Below are positions 55,831-64,000 of a stretch of 64,000 bases of DNA, in pieces; position 1 is the first letter of the stretch; each line of letters starts with the position of its first letter. The stretch is from an uncultured virus (IMG/VR IMGVR_UViG_3300033753_000202). Taxonomy: Duplodnaviria > Heunggongvirae > Uroviricota > Caudoviricetes. The stretch lies in the IMG/VR virus record IMGVR_UViG_3300033753_000202; one strand, written 5' to 3'. A program made the position numbers and the translations under genes. The notes below the pieces were generated by a model. That model saw nothing but the letters and a program-made list of their open reading frames with translations. It was not told the origin of the DNA and ran no database searches.

Positions 55831-56232
55831 ATGAAAGTGAAAATGGTAGAAACGAATGAAAGAATCCGAAACGCCGCTCGAGTAGTGGTTCGGTCTTTCG
55901 TGAACCATATCAAGCATCAGGTAGACGCAGGAAATCCGCTCTATATCCAAGAGCGCTTGGATATTTCCGTGGAACATTACGAGCAACTGTATAAATACGC
56001 CATCGGTTCTTCTTTGGGTATCGAGGTGACTTCCAAGGTTACATATCCGAAGGATCTTTTGAAAGACCTGACTTCTGTGGTAACGAACGCCATGAAGGAA
56101 AATGGTCTGAAGGGTCTTATGAAGAATCCGTTCTACAAGTCATGTATTTACGATCTCTGCTTGCTGGTTTTTACCAAGTTCAAGGAACACGGTGAAACTG
56201 AGCTGGAGGGGGTATCAGCTCATGAACAGTAA
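55831..56232 (+). CDS. Hypothetical protein
   Basis: RBS AGGAGCGG; 133 aa; overlaps the next start. Confidence 0.75.
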   Translation: MKVKMVETNERIRNAARVVVRSFVNHIKHQVDAGNPLYIQERLDISVEHYEQLYKYAIGSSLGIEVTSKVTYPKDLLKDLTSVVTNAMKENGLKGLMKNPFYKSCIYDLCLLVFTKFKEHGETELEGVSAHEQ

Positions 56233-57145
56233 TGCTCTTTGTCCTTACCGTTGTGTGGAAGGGCGCGTATTTTTGGAGACTCAGGGGTATGTTCCCTGTC
56301 CGCATTGTTCCGATTTGGTAAAAGTTGCGGAAACGGTGTTGGAGACAACGGGAGAGGATTTGTTTTCTCAGCTTCGCATCCCACCGCAGTATCGGGATGC
56401 GACGCTCGTTGACGAGGCATTATTTCGTCCGAGTTTGGTTTCCAACTTCACACCTGAGTCTGTCTATGAAATGAAGACTCTTTTTTCCAATATTAATCGT
56501 TCTCTTTATCATGGGAATGTGTATCGACTCAGCGTCTATTTTCATAATCCGAATGTCGTTGATACCCGCCTTTTCGTATATGGAGCGATGCGCTTTGCCT
56601 TTGAGAAGGGTTTGGGGGTATGTCCTTTCGTTTCCTGTCACACTCTTTATGGTATTCAAAAGCTCGGGGATTATCCTTACGGTACCCTTCGAGAAGCCAG
56701 CGAGAACACTAACATTAAGGAGTACTCCCCTGAACTGATCGCCGCTGTTGATGGATTTCGTTTTGTCGCAGACACTAAGCTGACTTACTACGATTTCGTC
56801 AACGCGGACTTGTGTTTTATTGAGGCAACTGCTAATACTACAGATAAAGGCTGGACGGCGCTTGCCGATCTTCTTTCGGAGCGGGCGAAAAATGGACTTC
56901 CTACCTATGTAATGGGGTATTGGAGCGTTCGTTACTCCAGAGGAGTCGGTGGTCGTGGTCTGAAGTACCTGCTTGCCCCAGAGGGTTTAGGGGTACACCG
57001 TTTGGACATGTTGATTCCGTATGAACTTCAACCGAAAGGAGAGAGCGGTAATGCTCCGACGCCCATTAAAAAGGTTGTCAATGTACCTGACGCGCGTTCT
57101 TCTGTCACCGCTGGCTTATCCACTCGAGATCTGCTTGGCGGGTAG
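56222..57145 (+). CDS. DnaC/DnaI-like protein with degenerate ATPase motifs
   Basis: N-terminal CxxxC...CPHC, LRIPPQYRDATL, ADLCFIE, LADLLSERAKNGLPT resemble helicase loaders; no GxGKT. Confidence 0.55.
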   Translation: MNSNALCPYRCVEGRVFLETQGYVPCPHCSDLVKVAETVLETTGEDLFSQLRIPPQYRDATLVDEALFRPSLVSNFTPESVYEMKTLFSNINRSLYHGNVYRLSVYFHNPNVVDTRLFVYGAMRFAFEKGLGVCPFVSCHTLYGIQKLGDYPYGTLREASENTNIKEYSPELIAAVDGFRFVADTKLTYYDFVNADLCFIEATANTTDKGWTALADLLSERAKNGLPTYVMGYWSVRYSRGVGGRGLKYLLAPEGLGVHRLDMLIPYELQPKGESGNAPTPIKKVVNVPDARSSVTAGLSTRDLLGG

Positions 57146-57392
57146 TACACTCATTTTCGGTAAGTTTGCTGTCAGTTTGCTTTTTTCTGATTGAGTTTAC
57201 TTCTAAACTTCGAATATTTTCTGTCTTTGGTCGAGTTTGTTGACGTCTGCAGAAAAAGCTATTAAACTGGGTGTATAGTTCGTATATTATGGTACGCACC
57301 CTTAAAGGCGGTGAAACACCGAGAAATTTTATGTATTACACGCGTTATTGAGTTTCTTTCATCGCGTGATTACTTGATTAGGAGGAGATAGG

Positions 57393-59495
57393 ATGTCGGA
57401 TATGGACAAAATGCCGGAATCCGAATCCCCTCAAGTTCGAGGGGAGTATAACGACGATAGTATTTCGTCCAAGAAAGGCGCGGCACGGGTACGCGACCGG
57501 GTGTCCGTTATGTTCGGTACGGACAATGTCCACGGGGCGTTTCATAGCGTCATTGAGATCGTGGGCAACTCGATGGACGAAGCCCGTTCGGGATACGGCA
57601 ACAAGCTGATCGTCATCTACCATGAAGACGGTTCCGTTTCAGTGCGTGACTTCGGTCGCGGGGTACCAATGGGTTGGAACGAGAAGGAACAGCGTTACAA
57701 CTGGGACTTGGTCTTCAATGAGCTGTATGCTGGGGGTAAATATGCCGAAGAGGTTGAAGATGAAAAAGACCTTGCTTATGAGTTCCCGATGGGGCTTAAT
57801 GGTCTGGGTGCAACCTCGACGCAGTACACTTCGGCTTGGTGCAAGGTTATCTCGTACCGCGAAGGTAAAGCCTTCTTGAAGGAATTCAAGGAAGGTAACC
57901 CACTGGACATGGGACCGGCTATCGAACTGGAAAATCCCAATAACGAAACGGGTACGCTCGTTCATTGGAAGCCGGACGATAAGGTCTTCACCAGCACGGA
58001 CTTCACGCACGAGATGTTCATGCGCTTCTTGATTCCGCAAGCGCATCTGAACAAGGTGACGATTGAGTTCACCAACCTGCGCCACGGCAAGGGAACCGTT
58101 GTGATCGAAGGTCTGGGGCTGGAAAAGTACTTCCGGCAAACCATCGGTGAAGAGAATATCATCGCGATGTACTACGGTACGCGCAAAAACTCCGGTAAGG
58201 AAGGCACCAAGAAGTTCCGTACTAAGGCGGACGTTTATCTCGCCATTACGGAGGACTCCAAAAACCGCATGATGTTCTTCCATAATACCGGGGTAATGAA
58301 TCAAGGGGTTCATCCCACGGTTACGGACGCGGTGCTGTCGCGTTTCTTCTCGCGGCTTGGTCGTGAGCAAGGGCTGACTGTTCTGCCGATGGACTATAAG
58401 GATTATATCAGCGTGGCGATCAGTTCCTTCTCGAACACTGAGGTCACGTCCTTCATCGGTCAGACCAAGGACGGGGTAACCAACGCTTTTATCGCGGATA
58501 ACATTGAATACGTGCTGGCGGATATTCTGGAAACCGAATATGCGAAAAAGTCGCCAGATTTCATGTTCATGGTGGAGCGCGTACTCGCCGCCGCGCAAGC
58601 GCGTAAAGAAGCGAAAGAACGCGAAGCCCAACGCCGTAAGCTGGAACGTGCTTCGAAGTCCAGCCGTCGTCCGATTGATAAACCGGACACGCTGGTCGAC
58701 TGCATTTCGCGTGACCCGGAGAAGACCGAACTCTATATCACGGAAGGTAACTCGGCGGGTAGTTCTTGTAAAAAGGCGCGTGACGCTAATTACCAAGCCA
58801 TCCTCCCTCTCCGGGGTAAACCGCCGAATGGTCTGAAGTTATCGCTCGACAAGCTCCTTGAGTTGGAGGTTGTCAAGACCATCATCAAGGCGCTTGGTTG
58901 CGGGGTAGATGCTTCGGTTGATGGGGTTAGTACCTTTGATGAATCGAAGCTCCATTGGAGCAAAATCATCTTTGCAACCGATGCGGATATTGACGGTCAG
59001 CAAATTCGGGTTCTGCTGTTCACGCTGTTCCTGCGGCTGTTCCCGAAACTGTTGGAGAATGGTTATGTCTACGTTGTCGAGTCGCCGTTGTTTGAACTCG
59101 AAATCTCGGATGATCTGTCGTGGTTCGCTTATAGCATTGAGGAGCGCGACCAGCTCATGGCGAAGGCGGCGCGTGAGGGTATCAAGATTCGCAAGATTCA
59201 TCGTTCTAAGGGTCTTGGCGAAAATAACCCGGAAATGCTGTGGCATACGACTATGAACCCGGAAACTCGTCGTTTGGTGCAACTCAAGATCGATCCGAAG
59301 AATGAGACGGTTCGGAAGATCTCCGACATGCTGTTCGGCAACGACGTCAACAACGAGCGTCGGGATTATGTCTTCGATCTGCTCAGCGAGAAAATCTCGT
59401 TGGATATGGATTTGAAGCTTCTGGCTGAAACTGTTGAGGCGTTGGAGTCTGGTGATAATACGGAAACCACTCCGCTTGAACAGGAAGTTGGCTAA
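57393..59495 (+). CDS. Type IIA topoisomerase B subunit (GyrB/ParE-like)
   Basis: EIVGNSMDE, DFGRGVP, LYAGGKY, GLNGLG, TOPRIM EGNSA, PLRGK, TDADIDG, KGLGE; cannot distinguish gyrase from topo IV. Confidence 0.95.
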   Translation: MSDMDKMPESESPQVRGEYNDDSISSKKGAARVRDRVSVMFGTDNVHGAFHSVIEIVGNSMDEARSGYGNKLIVIYHEDGSVSVRDFGRGVPMGWNEKEQRYNWDLVFNELYAGGKYAEEVEDEKDLAYEFPMGLNGLGATSTQYTSAWCKVISYREGKAFLKEFKEGNPLDMGPAIELENPNNETGTLVHWKPDDKVFTSTDFTHEMFMRFLIPQAHLNKVTIEFTNLRHGKGTVVIEGLGLEKYFRQTIGEENIIAMYYGTRKNSGKEGTKKFRTKADVYLAITEDSKNRMMFFHNTGVMNQGVHPTVTDAVLSRFFSRLGREQGLTVLPMDYKDYISVAISSFSNTEVTSFIGQTKDGVTNAFIADNIEYVLADILETEYAKKSPDFMFMVERVLAAAQARKEAKEREAQRRKLERASKSSRRPIDKPDTLVDCISRDPEKTELYITEGNSAGSSCKKARDANYQAILPLRGKPPNGLKLSLDKLLELEVVKTIIKALGCGVDASVDGVSTFDESKLHWSKIIFATDADIDGQQIRVLLFTLFLRLFPKLLENGYVYVVESPLFELEISDDLSWFAYSIEERDQLMAKAAREGIKIRKIHRSKGLGENNPEMLWHTTMNPETRRLVQLKIDPKNETVRKISDMLFGNDVNNERRDYVFDLLSEKISLDMDLKLLAETVEALESGDNTETTPLEQEVG

Positions 59496-59513
59496 CTTCA
59501 TACTGCCGACTTT

Positions 59514-59551
59514 GAGGGTTGAGAACTGACCAATTTGTTCTCAGCCCTCTT
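59514..59551 (+). terminator. Stem-loop after topoisomerase B
   Basis: GAGGGTTGAGAAC...GTTCTCAGCCCTC. Confidence 0.65.
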
Positions 59552-59874
59552 AACGTTTTTGGACACTAATGTTATAACAATCGCATAATTTTACGACTCA
59601 AAGTAACCTCAACCGATTCCTTGCTGGTCGCTTTGTTAATAGGAGAGAGTTTTATATTATATTAGACGGAAAAAGGTGTAAAAATTTACGATTTTCATTC
59701 TTCACGGCTGTACTTGGCGTAATCTTCCTATACGAACTCGGTAGTTAACTGTAACACTTTAATGTTATAATAAAGGAAACGAAATCGTCCTGTTTATGGA
59801 CTTGTATCGCTCTCTTTCGGATCAGGTGGTAAGTTACAATAACCATTCAATTCTTTTGGAGTGGAGTTGGTGTC

Positions 59875-60357
59875 ATGGATGGAAAGTTCAAAATTGTAGC
59901 GGTGTTGCAGGGGCAACCGCTCTTTACAGGGAATCGGTATCGTTTGCTTTCAATCTATACGGGTGAGTGGTGGGATTTGCCGCTTACTGCGATTATGCAA
60001 CATGGGTTTAAGATTCAGTTGGGTCGTGTTTTTGTTCCGACTGCGTTGGACTATCCTGTTTTTAGTCCGTATGACGGACTTAGTTACGAGTTGCCATTCA
60101 TCCCAGAGGGGAGAAATGTTCCCTCACGGAACGATACGGTTATTGTTCTTGGTGAGAAGCGGCGCGGTACGGAGGTACAGGGGTATTGGGTTACGGATTA
60201 TCAAGCTCAAATTCACTTTTTTGACATTCCTACAGCGCTCTCCTACGCGGATGTGGGGTACTGGAATGCGGAAGTTGTAGAAGGTAGATTGAGTCCTAAG
60301 CAACTTCACATTCCATCCTTTCCGGGATTATCTTCATTCCCGGTTTTATCTTTATAA
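59875..60357 (+). CDS. Hypothetical protein; paralog of the 5656 N-terminal domain
   Basis: RBS GGAG; VIVLGEK...VQGYWVTDY...NAEVV. Confidence 0.7.
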   Translation: MDGKFKIVAVLQGQPLFTGNRYRLLSIYTGEWWDLPLTAIMQHGFKIQLGRVFVPTALDYPVFSPYDGLSYELPFIPEGRNVPSRNDTVIVLGEKRRGTEVQGYWVTDYQAQIHFFDIPTALSYADVGYWNAEVVEGRLSPKQLHIPSFPGLSSFPVLSL

Positions 60358-60374
60358 GGAGGAGGGGTTCTATT

Positions 60375-60995
60375 ATGCAGATTAGAAATTTGGATATTGA
60401 TGTTCTCCATCTTCGCTCGAAGTATGTTAGGTTGCCCTATGAAGGGAGACCTCGGGCATTTTTCGCTTTTAATCTTGGAGAAGTGTCTCGCGGTTTTCCT
60501 TATAATGTTGTGTTGATTGATGCTGATATTCTTGAAGGCGACGATGATCCGGCGGCTTGTATTGAACAGGCGAATGTTAAAGTGGACGTGGTGCAAGGGT
60601 ACCCAGCTATTATTCGCATTCCCGGCAAGCCACAAGGAAGTCTCTTGTTTTTCACAGGGGTATACGCGAGTTATGATCAATCGCATGCAGTTTTGGCGGG
60701 GCATGTCAATATTCATTTGCAGAAGCCGGGACAAGTTCGTGGGGTGGACGTGATCGCTTGCGGTTTGCTTCCGGTAGCGCGACAGGTAGCGTCAGGGGTA
60801 AATGGTTTGGCTGAGAATGCGGTGTATCGGGTTCCTGAGTATGCAAATTATTCCCTTTGGCAACCGCAAGTTGGGGCGTACTTTTCGGTCAATACTGGAC
60901 GTCCGATCTCTCCGGTAAATTCGGGTTTTCCTCTGAAAAAGACTGCGGCTCTTTATGATCGTTCTTTGCGGAAGCTTGGGTTGACTAGGCGTTAA
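60375..60995 (+). CDS. Hypothetical protein
   Basis: RBS AAGGAGGAGG; 206 aa. Confidence 0.75.
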   Translation: MQIRNLDIDVLHLRSKYVRLPYEGRPRAFFAFNLGEVSRGFPYNVVLIDADILEGDDDPAACIEQANVKVDVVQGYPAIIRIPGKPQGSLLFFTGVYASYDQSHAVLAGHVNIHLQKPGQVRGVDVIACGLLPVARQVASGVNGLAENAVYRVPEYANYSLWQPQVGAYFSVNTGRPISPVNSGFPLKKTAALYDRSLRKLGLTRR

Positions 60996-61012
60996 ATTTG
61001 TGACTGAGTTGG

Positions 61013-61041
61013 TTGACACTTGCAGAGGGGTTTATTAAAAT
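61013..61041 (+). promoter_or_regulatory. sigma-A-type promoter for topoisomerase A subunit
   Basis: TTGACA-17 bp-TAAAAT. Confidence 0.75.
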
Positions 61042-61190
61042 AGGAACATAATTCCGTATGGTGAAGTAAGTGTAGATTTTTACACTTACTTTACTTTTTG
61101 CCCAAACAGGGGTAAATTTTCGCAGTATGTGTTGCAGTGGTTTCATACTTAACATGGTTTTATCAATTTTACTTATAGGAGGTTGTTTCT

Positions 61191-63350
61191 GTGGCGAAAC
61201 GTCAGTATGACTCCAGTCCGACTACGGATCTGGATTTGGAGTGGTTGTCGCGGAACGATCCCGACACTTTGCAGGCACTCCAGTTCCTGATTCATTGGTA
61301 CTCGGAGTATGCTAAAGAGGTTGTTATCGACCGCGCCATCATCAATCTGGACGGTTTGAAGCCTGTCCAACGCCGCATCCTCTATGCGATGCATAAGAAG
61401 GGTTGGTACAATGAGCTTCACAAGAGCGCGAAGGTTGTCGGTGACATTATTTCCCTCCACCCGCACGGTGACGAGAGTATCTATCTCTCCATGACGCGGA
61501 TGGTGTCCAGCTCCTTGTACTTCAACTTCCCGATGCTGGACGGCAAGGGAGACTTGGGTTCGGTTTATTCCAAGAGCAAACCAGCCCATATGCGTTACAC
61601 TCAAGCTACGCTCAATGACAATGCGAAGCTGGCTTTCGAGGGCATGCGGGGTATTGACATGGTTCTCACTGAAAGCGGTGAGGATTATGAGCCTTCGCTT
61701 CTTCCGATAGCGGTTCCGCTTGGACTGCTGAACGCCAGCTCGGGTATCGCGGTCGGGATGGCTTCCAACATTCCGTCTTTCAACTTCCATGAGGTGTTGG
61801 AGGCGACGTTGGAGTATATCGAGACGGGCAACATCACCAAGCTCTTGGTACCGGACTACACGATGGGTTCCGATATTGTCATCTCGGAGAGCACGCTGAA
61901 GCGGCTCCGCGATGAGGGGAAAGGTTCCTTCAAGCTTCGGGCAAAATGGGTTGTTGATGGGAATACTATTCGGTTCAGCGAAATTCCGTATTACACCACC
62001 ATCGATGAAATCCTCAGCCAAATCGCCAAAGCCCAAATTCCGGGGGTATCGGACTACCGGGAGATCACGGACTTGCGTCGAGTTGGTATCGAGGTGGTTT
62101 GTTCCAGCAAGAATGCGGTTTCCACAGTGCTTCCGCAACTTCTGAAGAACACCAACCTGCAAATGACCGTTCCGGCGAATATGATGGTCATTGTTCGCGA
62201 CCGTCCGAAGTTGGTGGGTATCAAGGACTACATCCACGAGTGGTTGGAATTCCGCAAGGAAGTCGTGCGTCGGGAGCTTACGGCGGAACTTGAAGCGGTC
62301 AATTTTGAGATCCCGCGCTACGAACTGTTGGTGGATTTGCTTGGTACCGATTATAAGCGTGAGCGTTTCATGGCGACGTTGTCCAAGCAGGGTACGAAGG
62401 AAGCTCGCATGGTGCTTCGGGAGTTCTACCCGGACGCGGACAACGATATCTTCGACTGGATTCTCGGTATGCGGCTGTCCTCACTTGGTGGGGTAGGCAA
62501 CAAGGGCGCTCGTCTGGAGCGACTGTATGCGGCGCGGAAGCAACTGGAATATGACCTTGAGCACATTCCGCAGTATATCGCTAAGCAACTGCGCGAGTAC
62601 AATCAGAAATACAGCTTCCCACGCAAAACCACGGTTTCCGACGTCGACTACACCTTTGAACGTGAAGCTCCGGCGAAGGTTGAACTTCCGGCGATGCCTT
62701 GTATTGTGCAACTGGATGGGAAGTTCTTCAAACGCTACAACGTAGACGTCATCACGAAGAACTACGAAGGTATCCGTTGCTCGTCGAAGGACGTTATCTC
62801 GATGATCGACACGCACGGTCGACTCTTGCGTGTCAAGGTCGAAGACATCGAACCGGTCTCTGGAAATGGGCGTGGCGTTTATCTGCCGTCCTTCTTGGAG
62901 ATTCCCGACGATTTTGAAATCGTTGCGTGCGATGTCATCTCGGACAAAAAAGTAGGTTATGTATACTCCGATGGTTTCGTGTCCGTCTTGGATCTGTCCG
63001 AGTGGGCGGATAGCAAGCGCACCACCCGGATGACGCAGAATGGGGTATCTCCTGAAGCCTATAAGATCATCGCTGAGTTCCCGATTCCGAGCGAGTACTT
63101 GTACGTTGTCACGTCGAAGGGACGTTTTGGTTTCTTCACTGCCAATGAGTTCAAGCACAAGCATCGCACGGCTCGAACCAAGCTGATCAATCTTAAGCCG
63201 GGAGAAGATCTCACTTATGCGTTGCCTGTTTCCGGCGTGGATCTGCTGAAGTTGGTCAGCAACGCGGCGCGTTATATCGACAAGCTCGGGGCACTGGCGG
63301 CGGACGACACCTTCAATACGGAGTATCTCAACACACTGAGCGGGGCTTAA
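61191..63350 (+). CDS. Type IIA topoisomerase A subunit (GyrA/ParC-like)
   Basis: DGLKPVQRRILY, KSAKVVG, HPHGD, catalytic MRYT, LLNASSGIAVGMASNIP; shortened, degenerate C-terminal domain. Confidence 0.95.
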   Translation: MAKRQYDSSPTTDLDLEWLSRNDPDTLQALQFLIHWYSEYAKEVVIDRAIINLDGLKPVQRRILYAMHKKGWYNELHKSAKVVGDIISLHPHGDESIYLSMTRMVSSSLYFNFPMLDGKGDLGSVYSKSKPAHMRYTQATLNDNAKLAFEGMRGIDMVLTESGEDYEPSLLPIAVPLGLLNASSGIAVGMASNIPSFNFHEVLEATLEYIETGNITKLLVPDYTMGSDIVISESTLKRLRDEGKGSFKLRAKWVVDGNTIRFSEIPYYTTIDEILSQIAKAQIPGVSDYREITDLRRVGIEVVCSSKNAVSTVLPQLLKNTNLQMTVPANMMVIVRDRPKLVGIKDYIHEWLEFRKEVVRRELTAELEAVNFEIPRYELLVDLLGTDYKRERFMATLSKQGTKEARMVLREFYPDADNDIFDWILGMRLSSLGGVGNKGARLERLYAARKQLEYDLEHIPQYIAKQLREYNQKYSFPRKTTVSDVDYTFEREAPAKVELPAMPCIVQLDGKFFKRYNVDVITKNYEGIRCSSKDVISMIDTHGRLLRVKVEDIEPVSGNGRGVYLPSFLEIPDDFEIVACDVISDKKVGYVYSDGFVSVLDLSEWADSKRTTRMTQNGVSPEAYKIIAEFPIPSEYLYVVTSKGRFGFFTANEFKHKHRTARTKLINLKPGEDLTYALPVSGVDLLKLVSNAARYIDKLGALAADDTFNTEYLNTLSGA

Positions 63351-63376
63351 TGCCCCGCTTTTTGGGAGGTTCCGGT

Positions 63377-64000
63377 ATGAAAATCAGTTTGAGGTATGGG
63401 ACACCGCCAAGGGATTTCGAGGCATCGGTCGACTCTATTGTACCCAAGCCGATTGAGTTGGCGGTGGAGAACGTTGGGGATTTTCCGTCGCAAGCTCGGT
63501 CGTTGCAGTTTTATGTCCAGTCCCTGAAGTACCTCTTTCAAGGGGTAACCAACATGGTGACAGGGAATTTGCTCCGTCTTTCGGTCGAGAAGAGTTGGTT
63601 CGGTAAGATCGAACGTGACGGCTTCTCAATCAAGTGGGAACCCCGGATCGACAAGTTTTTCGTGGTGGTTTATTCGCTTGGTGACGCTAAGTTGGATGAG
63701 GACATGTACGTTGCCGATGTGGTGTATTCCACGAAAAGTGGTCGTATTGATACACAACCTGTATGGCTCAACTCGCTCTTGAACCAGAAGAGCAAAGCCG
63801 CCGCGATGGAGAAGGAGCATCTGACGGGCGCTATCGCCGCTGTCACTAAGCACATTGGCTCTTGCTCTTTGGTGTACACGAACGACAAGTTGACGGTCAT
63901 TGACCGTCGTCGGAAGAAGCAGATTCAAGTGGAAGACATTCCTTCGGATGAAGTGTACGTCTTGGTGCGTCTTATCTATCGGATTTTGAGTAAAGGACTG
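63377..64000 (+). CDS. Hypothetical protein, truncated by the window end
   Basis: RBS GGGAGG, ATG 63377, open for 208 codons to the edge (MKISLRYGTPPRDFEAS...). Confidence 0.75.
   Translation, partial: MKISLRYGTPPRDFEASVDSIVPKPIELAVENVGDFPSQARSLQFYVQSLKYLFQGVTNMVTGNLLRLSVEKSWFGKIERDGFSIKWEPRIDKFFVVVYSLGDAKLDEDMYVADVVYSTKSGRIDTQPVWLNSLLNQKSKAAAMEKEHLTGAIAAVTKHIGSCSLVYTNDKLTVIDRRRKKQIQVEDIPSDEVYVLVRLIYRILSKGL

Noticed and set aside
1..64000. GGGGTA explained solely as Shine-Dalgarno sequences or G-quadruplexes
   Set aside because: Most copies are inside genes far from starts, and they are hundreds of bases apart, too sparse for intramolecular quadruplexes.
1..64000. tRNA/rRNA genes, transposases and alternative genetic code
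   Set aside because: No cloverleaf or rRNA signatures were seen in intergenic gaps; no transposase motifs; known enzymes are full length under the standard code.

Overview
All credible genes in this 64-kb window (about 55) lie on the + strand. They have Bacillota-style RBSs, frequent TTG starts and sigma-A-like promoters. The content suggests part of a giant extrachromosomal element (megaplasmid or jumbo-phage-like), not an ordinary chromosome. (1) DNA precursor and replication genes: thyA, nrdI-nrdE-nrdF (class Ib RNR), tdk, dnaX-like clamp loader, SNF2-like helicase, degenerate DnaC-like protein, type IIA topoisomerase B and A subunits, HU-like protein, macrodomain and SprT-like protease. 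(2) A ~28-kb block (23.4-51.9 kb) of membrane, secreted and lipoproteins with a VirB4-like ATPase, an FtsK/SpoIIIE-type ATPase, a deviant MinD/CpaE-like ATPase and a C39-like peptidase; it looks like a very divergent Gram-positive conjugation/secretion machine, with no relaxase visible. (3) Several paralogous pairs of unknown proteins and extremely acidic repeat proteins. The strongest DNA-level signal is the hexamer GGGGTA: by hand count about 160 copies on the + strand versus about 6 on the - strand, in several reading frames and between genes. GGCC and GCWGC appear depleted. No rRNA, tRNA, CRISPR array, transposase or recognisable virion gene was found. All family calls come from reading motifs by eye, not from database searches.
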